Below are positions 1 to 12,935 of a stretch of 64,000 nt of DNA, piece after piece (position 1 is the first letter of the stretch; the number at the start of each line of letters is the position of its first letter). The translations under genes and the position numbers were made by a program. This DNA is from Octopus sinensis. Lineage: Eukaryota. The notes beneath the pieces were generated by a model. It did no database searches, was not told where the DNA came from, and was given only the letters and a program-made list of their open reading frames with translations. The stretch lies in contig NC_043013.1 in NCBI RefSeq assembly GCF_006345805.1, forward strand, positions 52,514,001 to 52,578,000, in the 5' to 3' direction.

Positions 1-20
1 ATAGACACACACACACACAG

Positions 21-67
<47 letters not shown>

Positions 68-208
68 CACCTATATATTCATATATATATATATGTATAT
101 ATATAAATGTATGTATCTATGTATGTATATACATATATTATATGTACATATGTATGTACTTATAAATACGTTTATGTATATTTATACTTAAATATATTTG
201 TCTATGTG

Positions 209-242
<34 letters not shown>

Positions 243-348
243 GATAGATAGATATATAAATACATATGTATGTGTTTATTCTGATTGTGGCTCATAGCTT
301 CCATATTTTTGTATCTTCATCATATCACTATTATTATTATTATTATTA

Positions 349-396
<48 letters not shown>

Positions 397-645
397 CGTC
401 ATCATCATCATCATCTTTATCATTATTACTAACAGATTTTTTTTTACTGCATATTTTGTAGTTGTCACCAGTTTTTATATTATTTCATTTTTTTGTAAAA
501 ATATCGCCAAGAATTTGGATACGTTGAGAACTTATGGATTTCATGCTTTCTATGTGGAATTAAATGGTAACGTCACATCTGATCATGGTTTTCGTGGAGA
601 AATTAAAATTAAAATAGGAGAGAAACAGTACAAACATTTATTTTA

Positions 646-699
<54 letters not shown>

Positions 700-741
700 T
701 ATATATTATATATATATATATATATATGTATATAGTATATA

Positions 742-787
<46 letters not shown>

Positions 788-822
788 TATATATTATACA
801 TATATGTATTTATGCATAGATA

Positions 823-853
<31 letters not shown>

Positions 854-1053
854 GTAAATAATATAATATATATATATATACATATATACAAGTAGATATA
901 AATGAATATGCACAAATATTATTACCTGTGCACACAAGTGTGGGCATGTGCATAAGTATATATGGACATTTAAATGTATATTTGTATGCATACGAATACG
1001 TGTATATATACTTATATTTACACAAATATATATATAATATATATGCATATATA

Positions 1054-1146
<93 letters not shown>

Positions 1147-1208
1147 CTTATATCTGTTATACGTATATATATATACATATATAGATACAGAATATATATA
1201 TATGTGTG

Positions 1209-1240
<32 letters not shown>

Positions 1241-1330
1241 CGTATGTATATATGTATATACATAATTTATATCTCTCTGTACGTATGTATGTATTTGGTG
1301 TGTGTGTATATATGCTTATGTGAGTGATTT
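1..1330. repeat. Compound (TA)n/(TAT)n/(TG)n microsatellite block
   Basis: Direct reading of the sequence; all ORFs here are low-complexity YI/I-rich artefacts. Confidence 0.95.
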
Positions 1331-2217
1331 TCTGTGTGTTTGAGTGTGCGTGAGAGAGTGTCTGTCTAATGCATATTTATTATTTATCATTTGTTATTTG
1401 TTATTCTTTATTATTTGTTTGTTGTGCAGTAATACATGTCTTTTTGAATGATTTATTTTGCAGAAAAACTGTGCATTTAGAAAATGTGTGTGTGTATATA
1501 CGTATATTGAAATGTGTGTGTGTGTGTGCTGATCTATGTTTATAAATATGAGATATGGGTGTTGCGTGTGTGTGTCTATGTGTGTGTGTGTGATGCCTAA
1601 ATATTTGCATTTTTTTTAACATTTCGTTTCTAAAGATCTGTTTTTTTCAGCATTACTACCGACAACACCACCACCACCAGCACCATCATCATCATCGCCA
1701 CCACCACCACTATAGAATGCATTACTGTTCCCTCGTCACCATCTCACTACAACTACCACTTTTCCTCTTACAACACCACCACTCCCACCAGCATCACCAC
1801 CACCAATCCTAACAGCATAACTTTACGACCACGCCTACGACGACGACGACCACCACCACCATCGTTATCATCATCATCATCGCCACCCCCATCATCGACC
1901 TCATTTTTTATCGCCCCTCCCTCCTTTTTATGTTTTCCAGTTATTTAATCACCCACATTCCATTATCTTCGAAGAATTTCTTCAAAATTTCACCATCATT
2001 CAAAATCTTTTTTTATTCTTTCAATTCCAAACGTTTGGCCATTTCCTCTCCTTTAACAATAACTGACAACTTTTTACTCATTACATTTTAACATATTTAG
2101 GTTTGTACAAAAAACACATATGCGTATACACACCCATCCATCCATCATATAAACACAAACACACACACACACACACACAAATATACATATATATACCCAT
2201 ATATACATATATATATT

Positions 2218-2249
<32 letters not shown>

Positions 2250-2969
2250 CATGCATATATATACATTTATATATATATATATATATATATATAAATACAC
2301 ATATACCTATATATGTATATAACTATATCTATCTATCTATCTATCTATCTATTTCTCTCTCTCTCTCTTCCTCTCTCTCTCTCTTCTTCCTCTCTCTCTC
2401 TCCCTCCCTATATATATATATATATATATTTATATGTATGTATGTATATATATATATGTATATATATATACGTATTCTTGGGCTTATTGATTTCGTTATA
2501 GGCATGTGCTGTTGTGTAACTATATATGTATATATGTTTGATCTAAATATGCCCATGCAACATATGCAAGCGTGCATGTAAAACGGTGAGTGTATACATC
2601 TAGGTGTGTGTGTGTGTGTTTTTTGTGTTGCTTTCTGACTTCTAAGTTTTTGCCAATAGAGACATCACATAGATTCAAGATGGTTCCGAGATGGAATGAT
2701 TTTCTCTGGTTTTGACAATTTAACTTACTTTGATTGGTTTAAAGTATGGATAAAAAGAGAGAGAGAGAAGGAGAGTGAGAGAAGGAGGTTGGCACGAAGG
2801 GGAATGAAAGTGAAACTTTAAAAGTTGAGGGAGACGTGATAAAAGGAAAAAATAACTGCAAAAAAGAAACACAGGAAGAGGGTGATGAAACTTAAAGTAA
2901 CAGAAGTTAATTGTGAGTTGGAAATATGGATGCGTGTGTTTGATTTGTATGTATGTTTGTATGCATATG

Positions 2970-3001
<32 letters not shown>

Positions 3002-3724
3002 TGTATGTATGTATGTATTATGTATGTATGTATGTATGTATAGATAGACATACAGACAAACAGATAGACTGACAGACAGAGAGATAGATAGACAGACAGA
3101 CAGACGGATGGACAGACAGACAGATAGATAGATAGATAGTTAGATAGATAGATAGACAGACAGACGGATGGACAGATAGATAGATACATACATATATACA
3201 TACATACATGCGTACATACATACATACATACATACATACATACATACAAAACATACATACATAAATATACACACACACACAATTCAAATATGAAGACAAA
3301 GATTTAAAAAATTTTTAATGATGAGATACGTTTGTTTCTGTACCAAATTCTGCTTCCAACGCCAGTTCCCGCAAGAGGTCAAGGTGAGGATTTACTTCAT
3401 ATTTGAGAGCTTCATCATTAGCGTGGCACTTCATCAAACCTTCATCAAAGGTGCGCTCTTATATTCTGCGCCTGCTAGACTTTGCGTATTGCTTATATCA
3501 GGAGGAAAAAGTCAAACAATATTATATATATATATGCTTTCCCAACCAGATTTCGTAATTATAATTCATCACTATAAGCACGTGTCTCGAAGAAAGTGGA
3601 CAGAAATTACTAAAAAATTCCGTTATTATCATATCGGACCCGAATTATATGGTTATTGACGATGTGTCTTTTTTAGGCATATTTAGCATTAAAATGTTTT
3701 TCTTTTGCCCTTGTTTATAAGTTG

Positions 3725-3755
<31 letters not shown>

Positions 3756-3769
3756 TATATATAATATAT

Positions 3770-3803
<34 letters not shown>

Positions 3804-3811
3804 GATATATA

Positions 3812-3846
<35 letters not shown>

Positions 3847-3873
3847 CTGTATGTATGTATGTATCTATATATA

Positions 3874-4421
3874 ATCGACCCTTTTCGTCTATGTAGACGG
3901 TCAATTTAGCGTAGAATGTAATAGAATGTATCAGGGCTTCCCTTTCTTGCAGCTTCTTTCATGGCTGATTCTTCCTATGACTGAAGCACAGCTTCTGTCA
4001 CCGCACTTGCATACCAAGAGGTTGTTTCTGTTGTTTTCCTTTCGCCGCTGACCGTTTCTCAACTTGTTTGTTTCTGTAGCTGTTCCCCAGCAAAGCAGTT
4101 CCTTCCTTCACCACAGTTCTCCATGTTGTTCTCTCCTCAGCCCTCTCTTCCCAGGTGCTGACATCCAACTCACACTTGGACAAACTAGTTTTGCAAGTAT
4201 CCATATACCTCAGTTTTGGTCTTCCTCTTGGTCTCTTGCCCTGGGCCAGTTCTCCATAGAGTAGCTGCTTCGGGATTCGATGGTCATCCGTTCTCCTGAC
4301 ATGCCCCAGTCACCTCAGTCTTCTCATACACAAGATAGCTGTCATGCTTTGAAGATTCGCCTGGGCCAGCACTTCAACATTGGTGAATTTGTGAGGCCTA
4401 AGATCTTGCGGAGGAATCTGA

Positions 4422-4423
<2 letters not shown>
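3874..4423 (-). mobile_element. RTE-clade LINE, 5'-truncated 3' fragment (RT thumb, C-terminal Cys/His motif and 3' tail)
   Basis: Minus-strand translation, joined across frameshifts and a stop: LRFLRKILGL..FTNVEVLAQANLQSMTAILCMRRLR*LGHVRRTDDHRIPKQLLYGELAQGKRPRGRPKLRYMDTCKTSLSKCELDVSTWEERAEERTTWR, then CKCGDRSCASVIGRISHERSC. Terminal hairpin CGTCT-ATGT-AGACG at 3886-3899 is followed by a TA/TACA microsatellite tail, as is typical of RTE 3' ends. Confidence 0.9.
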
Positions 4424-4488
<65 letters not shown>

Positions 4489-4583
4489 GTGGTGATAATA
4501 ATAATAATAATAACAATAACAACAACAGCAGCACAAACAACAACGACAACAACAATAATAATAATAATGATGATAATAATAAA

Positions 4584-5118
4584 TACCCTGATGCAGTACC
4601 AAGCAGTGTCTCTCGTGGCTTCTGATCTTAACTAATTGGAAGTGTCATCATGTACATTGTTTTGTCTTGGTATAAAAGATGGTCTATAGCAAAGATTTGC
4701 TTGTCAGTTGTTTGACCGTAACCAGTTGACCATGTCCCTTAGTGGCTGACGATATGCGCATCTCTGATCACGAGCAGAATTAGTGGAAGAGCATCATAGC
4801 CGTGTGTTGAGAGGGATTCTTTGTGGTTTGAATAATTCACCTCTGGAAACATAGGTGTTTCGTTCAACAACCTTAAACAATCCTTATTCAGGGACCTTTT
4901 GAGCGGGATTGGTTACTCAACCAGAAGAAAATTGTAACTGGGCCCTACCTGCAAGGTCATGTGCTGTTTATCTTGGTATGAGATTACCATGTTGCGCACA
5001 TATGGTTGTGATGCATTACCTAGTGTACCCTTATCATACTGGTAGTCATGATGGGTATTTTGGGCTTTGTATATTTTACCCCAGTATCAATTTGATGGTA
5101 TGCACTGCTCTCTCAATC
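4584..5118 (+). mobile_element. Unclassified ~535-bp non-coding interspersed element ('family T'), flanked on both sides by (AAT)n
   Basis: Homologous along its length to 5221-5650, and its 3' end matches 51286-51425 (minus). Starts T(A/G)CCC(T/C)GATGC(A/G)GT and ends CACTGCTCTCTCA(A/C)TC(AAT)n. No ORF, TIR or tRNA head seen. Confidence 0.7.
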
Positions 5119-5127
5119 AATAATAAT

Positions 5128-5220
<93 letters not shown>

Positions 5221-5221
<1 letters not shown>

Positions 5222-5650
5222 CCCCGATGCGGTGACTCCATTGGCTTCTGATATCAACTGATGTTATCACACACGTGTTTTGTCTTAGTGTCAAAGATGG
5301 GCTACAGCAAATAATCTGCTCAATACTACAGATTTGCTTGTCATTTGCTTGCCCTTAACCAACTGAGCATGTCCCTTGGTGTCTAACAATATGTGCATCT
5401 CTGATCAAGAGCGGAAGTGGGGGAATCATCATAGCCATGTGCTGACAGAGATTCATTGGGGTTTGAATAATTCTCCCCTGGAAACATGGGTGTTTTACTC
5501 ATTATACTTAAACTATCTTTATTTAGGGACCTGTTGAACAGAATGAGCTACACGACCTAAAAAAATCCAAGTTGGCCCTACTTTCAACGTCGTGCACTGT
5601 TTATCTGTGATATGAGATGACGATGTCACACACGTATCGTTGTGGTGCAT
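5221..5650 (+). mobile_element. Family T, second copy (3' end lost)
   Basis: Starts at the same position as the copy at 4584, right after (AAT)n. Colinear similarity includes GGCTTCTGAT, GATTTGCTTGTCA, GCATCTCTGATCA, GTTTGAATAATT and CTGGAAACAT. Confidence 0.65.
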
Positions 5651-5860
5651 GTGTGTGTGCGCGTTTGTGTGTGATTTTGTGCCTGTATTTGTCCTTCAAC
5701 ACCGCTTGACAACCAGTGTTCTCGTGTCCGATAAAATAATTACCAGACATCAAAGAAAAGTAATAAATTCTGGGGTTGATTCGTTCGACTAAAAGTTCTT
5801 CAGGTAATGCCCCAGTACGGCCGCAGTCTATTGACTAAAACAGGTAACAGATAAAAGATA
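5650..5860 (+). mobile_element. SINE family A, degraded 3' half
   Basis: Contains CGCTTGACAACC, GGGGTTGATTCGTTCGACTAAAA and GGCCGCAGTC, matching the copy at 36083-36502. Confidence 0.6.
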
Positions 5861-5952
5861 CAAATCTTAATAATACTTAATCATAAAAATATAATAGAAA
5901 TAATACATTTCTAAATCTCTCGGAGAGATTTATGCGGTAGCAGCACGATAAA

Positions 5953-6277
5953 GTGATAGCATGTTGTCAACTTAATGTGACAGTCCCATTAAAGGGAAGA
6001 ATACTACTGTTATTTAACCCTAGGAAACATCGTTTCCTGTTGGACTTGACACATTTCCTGTGTCCTTATTCTACTCCAGACTGATAATGAGCTATGACTC
6101 TCAAACTTGTTTCTGGATGCTGGCTTTGCTACGTGGTGGTGCTTGTCTCCACTTTGAAAACTAAGGACGCAGGTAATGTGTCAAGTCCAACAGGAAACGA
6201 TGTTTCCTAGGGTTAAATAACAGTAGCATTCTTCCCTATCATGGGTCTGTCACATTAAGTTGACAACATACTATCAC
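5953..6277. mobile_element. Foldback/MITE with 116-bp inverted arms and a 93-bp spacer
   Basis: Arms 5953-6068 and 6162-6277 are reverse complements with 7 mismatches by manual alignment. The right end reads CTATCACC-TTAA. Confidence 0.85.
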
Positions 6278-7056
6278 CTTAATAAAAACATAAAATAATT
6301 TTTTAAGCATAAAATGTTCTGGAGGATCCATTCGATTTAAATAGGAAACCATGGGGTCCAGAGAGAAAAAAATGGGTGAGAAAATGTGAATTAGGGGTTG
6401 AAAGAAATGAAAAAGATAGCCGAGGATCTTGGCGTGGGAAAACTTTGCAGGATAGTGACCGAAATAATAGTAATTGGATGGTATATACAGGGTGTCCACA
6501 AAATTACAATTTGAAAAATTCAGGGAAAAACGAAAGGATGACTAAGCAGAATTTATTGGAAAACATTGGTAAATAAATAAAGGCTTATTAGAAACACCAG
6601 AACACTTCGACTGGGGCTCCAATGGTCGCACGTGACATGCTACGTTGTCATTATTTTGTTAGACATTTTTCTATCCTGAAAAAGGGACCTGATGGTCACG
6701 GTTGGAATGCATTCGATCGTAGATTCGTAGATTTTGTTCAGTCAGAATTGAAAGAAAGTTAAACAAGAACTACATCAACAACAATATGGTAAAATGCTGC
6801 CATCTGGTGGATGTATTACTACAATAAGAACTGGTCAAATAGAAAATATTTGGTAATTTATTTTTAAAGTTATATTTTCTTCATTTTTCTTGTGGATTTA
6901 GACAAACAGACGCAACCGTTATATGCACATACCTTATACACACACAGATACATTGTATATACACACTCACACACACATATGTATATATACACACTACAAA
7001 TATCTCTATGTTGTATACTATGTATATTCATGTATATATGTATGTGCGTGAGTATG

Positions 7057-7099
<43 letters not shown>

Positions 7100-7240
7100 T
7101 TGGATATGGTTCCGTGTGTCGGTACGTATTTATATATATATATATACATACATATATAAATATGTGTGTGAGTGTGTGTGTGTGTTGTGTGTGTGTGTTA
7201 ATATACACCCATGTACATACATCTATACGTATTGATAGAC

Positions 7241-7298
<58 letters not shown>

Positions 7299-7463
7299 GT
7301 AGATAGATACACATACATAGATACATGCGTACTATATACTGAGAAAGAGAGAGCGACACAGGAAGAGTGAAAAATACAAGAATATAAAGATAATGACAGT
7401 CATACAAACTCACACACACATGCGCGCACATACATGCAGACACAACAACATACCCCATCCCAC

Positions 7464-7516
<53 letters not shown>

Positions 7517-7751
7517 GACCACCATCACCACCACCTCCATACAGACACAATAAAAGCTAACACCAGTGAGTTGCTTGTTGTTTAATGGTTCGTATGACAA
7601 TCCGATAACTATCATTATTATGGCGTTGAATATAAGATTGTTGCTAATATTGATGTATTAATGAGGCATGAAAGCCTCATATTTATCTAGGGAGGTGGTA
7701 GGATGTGGGGTGGGTAGTAGTCGTAATGGTGGTGGTGGTGGTGTTGGTGGT

Positions 7752-7782
<31 letters not shown>

Positions 7783-8299
7783 GTAGTTTGGGGACTGGGA
7801 AAGTTGGTTTGTGTGTGTTTATATGTGTGTGTATCTGTTTAGTTTATGTGTATGTGTGTGTGTCTGCATGTGTCTATGTGTCCGTGTGTTTATGTGTATG
7901 TATACGTGTGTGAGTCTATATATTTGTGTGTGTATATATATATACATGTAGGCGTGTGTGTATGTGCCTTTATGTATATATGTGCATGTGTGTGTGTGTG
8001 CCCATATTTGTTGTATGGACAGCTATCATGTTTTCTGTTTCATGGTGTTTTCCCGACGGTGGAATTGTCGTGAATCTTTGGTTTTCTGCAGAATGTGGAG
8101 GAGTTTCCTCACTGAAGCGAACCTTTGCTGTCCCGCTTACAATTCTGTTTAAATTCCAAAGGATTTCATTTTTAAGGTTTCAAAGAATTTCCTTCCAAAT
8201 TCCCAAAGTGAACGGCAACAACTCTCCCACAGAATATATAGCAACTCAGCAAGCATTGTTCTCAATCTTTTGTCTTGAAACCCATGTAACCGATGTAGA

Positions 8300-8492
8300 T
8301 ACTGGTTTTAAATTTTGGCACAACGCCAGCAATTTCGGGAAAGGGGGAAATCAATTACATCAACCCAAGTTTTCGACCCCGAAAAGAATAAAAGACAAAG
8401 TCGACATCGACGCGATTTGAACTCAGAACTCAAAGACGGACGAAATACCGCTAAGTATTTTGCCAGGCGCGTTACCGATTCTGCTATCTCAC
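8300..8492 (-). mobile_element. SINE family B, degraded
   Basis: Reverse complement of the family B head and core (CGACCCCGAAA, AAAGTCGAC, TTTGAACTCAGAAC, GAAATACCGCTAAG). Confidence 0.7.
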
Positions 8493-8507
8493 TGATGAAG
8501 ATTTTAT

Positions 8508-8642
8508 TTTCTTCTCTAGGCACAAGGCCCGAAATTTTTTGTGAGGGGGCCAGTCGATTAGATCGACTCCAGTGCGCAACTGGTACTTAAATTATCGATC
8601 CCGAAAGGATGAAAGGTACAGTCGACCTCGGCGGAATTTGAA
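8508..8642 (-). mobile_element. SINE family B, 5'-truncated
   Basis: GGCACAAGGCCCGAAATTTT..CTGGTACTT..CCCGAAAGGATGAAAGG..GTCGACCTCGGCGGAATTTGAA. Confidence 0.75.
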
Positions 8643-9083
8643 AAACCCGATGAAGATATTAAGATGAAAATCTTTGGTTTCCTTTGAAATGTTATTCATT
8701 TGGAAACCTTATTTCTTGGAGAGATAATCGTATTCTTCGACACAACATTTTGCCAAAGCTTTTCACCACTAGAATTAGGAATTTACAACTAGAATTAAGG
8801 AATTTACAATGACCACGTCAGTCCATACTCTTCCATGCAACCATTCACCATCACACCATTCCATGCAACTCTATATTACATTGCTCCATACTATTCTACA
8901 CCATTCCATTCCACACCAGAATATAGAGCCCTCACCACTCGCCAACACACCGTGGAACCCTAGGCTGGATCACAACACATTACACCTCGTCACAATAGGA
9001 TTTCTCAAAACCTGTTATCTCGTAAATTTAGGTTGAATGACATATTGTTTTTACATTATTGTCTGTTCGTCAAATGCGGAGTA

Positions 9084-9322
9084 CAGTAATCCCTCGCCAT
9101 TTTGTGGTTCACCTATCGCGGTTCACCTATCGCGGTTTATTATTTAAGCTTACGTCGATTCCTCCGTGGTGTTGTTTTGCATTTATATTAAAATAAATAT
9201 ATACAAATTATAAAAATAATTTTAAAAAATACACAGTTCAGTACTGTTTCTACTTCCGGATTATTTCCCCCTATCGCAGGGTGCTGTGGAACGTAACATC
9301 CGCGATAATCGAGGGATTACTG
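9084..9322. mobile_element. Tc1/mariner (Tigger/pogo-like) MITE
   Basis: Perfect 13-bp TIR CAGTAATCCCTCG/CGAGGGATTACTG, with TA on the left and TT on the right. Second copy at 48385-48616. Confidence 0.85.
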
Positions 9323-9887
9323 TTCTAAATATGTTTGTTTGTTGTTTGGATTTCTTCACTGTGTCTTTTATGTGTGTTGTTTTAGGATTGTTGTAGAAGC
9401 GTTGTCAAGTATTCCTTGTATTTTTGTCTTGAGATTCTGAATGAGTCATCGGCGCATGCGTTGACCTTTTGTCCCTACCCGGACACGGTTATTGTTTCTT
9501 TAAGTATAATTTTGAAAGTTGAGTTAACAGGTAGGAATTACAACCAGATGGAATCTGCAAGAGGATTAAATACACAATGTCTCCGATATCCAAGCGGTTA
9601 AAATGTGTCAGCAGAACAACTGCCAGGATTCATGACCTGGGTGCGACACAGACTCCTTAGACGGTAAGAAGTTAAGGGCCGAAACACTTGCCTGATTGGG
9701 GAGGGGATCTCTGAGAACCTTCTGCTGTTCAGATCTCTTAAGTGTTTCATAGAGCTGTTGTGACAACTGTGCTTCCTACCATATTCACTGTCTTCCTTCT
9801 GAGCGGTAACACCAGGGAACATCAAATGCAGACAACTACCACATTCACCAAATTAAGCACACAACAGAAAAATAAGAAAACAAAATA

Positions 9888-10230
9888 CAGTAGAACCTCG
9901 CATTACGAGTGCCGAGATTCGTGTGAATTTTTGTCTTGAAGTACGAGCGAAAATCCGCAGTACGAGCACACAATACGTCCCATCTTTCAGGTAATTCAGT
10001 TAATACAACCATTTTACATATTTCTTTTCTATTCTCTTTTTTCATAACAATCATTTAACTTGTAACTACACCTTTTCTGTTTTAAAACCCATGAAAAATT
10101 ATTTTTGAGTGGTTGGGGGGGAGGGCTGGAACGGATTAATTATATTTTAGTTAATTTCAATGGGGAAAATTGATTTATAAGACGAGCTGGGTCATTGAAC
10201 GAATGAAACTCGTACTGCGGGGTATCACTG
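9888..10230. mobile_element. Tigger/pogo-like MITE, second family
   Basis: Imperfect TIRs CAGTAGAACCTCGCATTACGAG / CTCGTACTGCGGGGTATCACTG, with a TA target-site duplication on both sides. Confidence 0.75.
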
Positions 10231-10355
10231 TACAAGGAATGATTCATAAATGCTTTCACAACATTCATAAAAGACAGAGTAAATGAACCACAGCAAAGGA
10301 ATCCAAATAATACAGAAACGTATCTAGAGGAAACAGAGAGCAGAAAGAGAGAGAT

Positions 10356-11080
10356 GTACCTCACATTTGTTCATCAGAGAACGACCGGAGGTACCTCAAA
10401 TTTGTTTAGCAGAGAACGAACGGAGTTACCTCACATTTGTTTACCAGAGAACGAGCGGAGGTACCTCACATCTTTTTATCAGAGAGCGACCGGAGGTACC
10501 TCACATTTGTTCATCAGAGAGCGACCGGAGGTACCTCACATCTTTTCATCAGAGAGCGACCGGAGGTACCTCAGATTTGTTCATCAGAGAGCGACCGGAG
10601 GTACCTCACATTTGTTCATCAGAGAGCGACCGGAGATACCTCACATTTGTTCATCAGAGAACGAACGGAGGTACCTCACATTTGTTCATCAGAGAGCGAC
10701 GGAGGTACCTCACATTTGTTCATCAGAGAGCGACCGGAGGTACCTCACATTTGTTCATCAGAGAGCGACCGGAGGTACCTCACATTTGTTCATCAGAGAG
10801 CGACCGGAGGTACCTCACATTTTTTCACCAGAGAGCGACCGGAGGTACCTCAGACTTGTTCATCAGAGAGCGACCGGAGGTACCTCACATCTGTTCATCA
10901 GAGAGTGACGGAGGTACCTCGCATTTGTTCATCAGAGAACGAACGGAGGTACCTCACATTTGTTCATCAGAGAGCGATGGAGGTACCTCACATTTGTTCA
11001 TCAGAGAGCGACCGGAGGTACCTCACATTTGTTCATCAGAGAACAAACGAAGGTACCGCACATTTTACACAACAGAGAGC
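10356..11080. repeat. 35-bp minisatellite, about 20-21 tandem units
   Basis: Unit TCACATTTGTTCATCAGAGAGCGACCGGAGGTACC recurs at 10361, 10396, 10431 ... 11023, and degenerately at 11058. Three units are 34 bp. No unique spacers, so not a CRISPR array. Confidence 0.95.
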
Positions 11081-11165
11081 AAAGTGAGGTTTTTAAAATT
11101 GAGGCAACAATGAGCAGAGGTACTCAACAGAGAAAGACAGGATCTATAATATACAAACTCTATAC

Positions 11166-11362
11166 GAGTGAGAGTGTAAGAAGCTTGCTTCCCAAACACA
11201 GTGTTCTGGGATCAGCCTCACTGCGTGGCACCTTGGACAAGTGTCTTCAACTGCTGCCTCAGGCCGACCAAAACCTTGTGAGTGGATTTGGTAGACGGAA
11301 ACGGAAAGAAGCCCGCCGTGTAAGTATATATATATATTTATATATATATATACATACATACA

Positions 11363-11393
<31 letters not shown>

Positions 11394-11805
11394 TGATATC
11401 TCCAGCATTATGACGACGTAACTTCGCTGTCTGCGTGACTGGCCCGAACAGCGAAACTAACTGAGTCTATCTAGTAGTTATTAGTAGCGGACCCGCCCAC
11501 TTCTCACCAGGGGACCGTCCACCACACAACATCTTCTCCCTCTGAGATTTTTCTTCTTTCAACACGAGAAGAAATATATATGTGTGCGTGTGTATTTGTG
11601 TGTCTGTATTTGTCCCCTACCATCGCTTGACAACCGATGTTGGTGTGTTTACGTCCCTGTAACTTAGCGGTTCTGCAAAAGATACCGATAGAAAAAGTAC
11701 GAGACTTACAAAGAATAATTCCAGGAGTCAATTTTATTCGACTAAAAGCGTGCTCCAGCATGTGCGCAGTCAAATGACTGAAACAAGTAAAAGAGTAAAA
11801 GAGAA
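11166..11805 (+). mobile_element. SINE family A with about 180 bp of unrelated sequence inside its internal microsatellite
   Basis: 5' half 11166-11322 and 3' half 11580-11805 match the copy at 36083; (TAAAAGAG)n tail. Confidence 0.8.
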
Positions 11806-12181
11806 TATGTTACATTTACCATGAACGAGCAGCCCCACCTGGTCTGGAAATCCCCTCCAGTACATGCTTAGTACACTACAAGATATGTAAAACAGAACGC
11901 TGTATGCCATAGACAGGCAGTACACAGACTGCATCTTTGATAACCTGCAGAACGAAAAGACATGCAAAAGAACAGGCTTTATTCACCGTTAAAGAACTCC
12001 GAGACTCAAACAGCTTGAAATTCCAAGCAATTGTGCTGTGAATATCTCATCGCTGTTGGCCGATATTTCTCAATGCTGCCACCTATCGTTGTTGATGAAA
12101 TTGTTGTTGCTGTGATAGCTACTGCCACTGCATTTGCCGATATTTCTATCATTATTATTATTATAATTATTATTATTATCA

Positions 12182-12257
<76 letters not shown>

Positions 12258-12285
12258 CATTGTTATTATTATTATTATTATATTA

Positions 12286-12327
<42 letters not shown>

Positions 12328-12581
12328 CATTATTGTCAAAAACTGTCTTTTACATTTCTTTTAATTCCGCAGACAGAATTTGACAGAATTTGTGTCATCT
12401 GCTTAACTGGGCTTCCACCTGGAATCATTTATCACGATTAGCTTCAAAAGCTCTTTTCATGGAATTCTAACAAATGTAATTCCTTACTATTGCGCGCGTG
12501 CATATGTGTGTATGTTTGTTCGTGTTTGGTAAGTTATATGCACAAACATAATATATGGATGCACGTTATGTATATATATGC

Positions 12582-12662
<81 letters not shown>

Positions 12663-12874
12663 ATAAATACACACACATACGCATATACATATGCATATAT
12701 ATATGTATATATATATATACACATATATATGTGCGTGTGTATATATTTATATATAAACACACACACGTGTGTTGAAGAAGATAGGTACATACATTCTGAC
12801 ATGCATAGCGGGATACATGTGCAGTTATCGATATATGTGCATGCATGTATCGATGTTATTCAGATGTTGTTGTC

Positions 12875-12935
<61 letters not shown>

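Noticed and set aside
3310-3510. Possible exon on the minus strand (..LMKCHANDEALKYEVNPHLDLLRELALEAEFGTETN)
   Set aside because: The frame is interrupted by stops and an apparent short duplication, splice sites are unconvincing, and I recognise no homology.
6488-6870. Tc1-like element starting TA-CAGGGTGTCC
   Set aside because: No matching right TIR or transposase remnant could be identified.
10356-11080. CRISPR array
   Set aside because: Units are contiguous with no unique spacers, there are no cas genes, and the context is eukaryotic.
10356-11080. Tandem hammerhead (retrozyme) array, from CTGATGA in each unit on the minus strand
   Set aside because: No GAAA or stem II/III partner within the unit.
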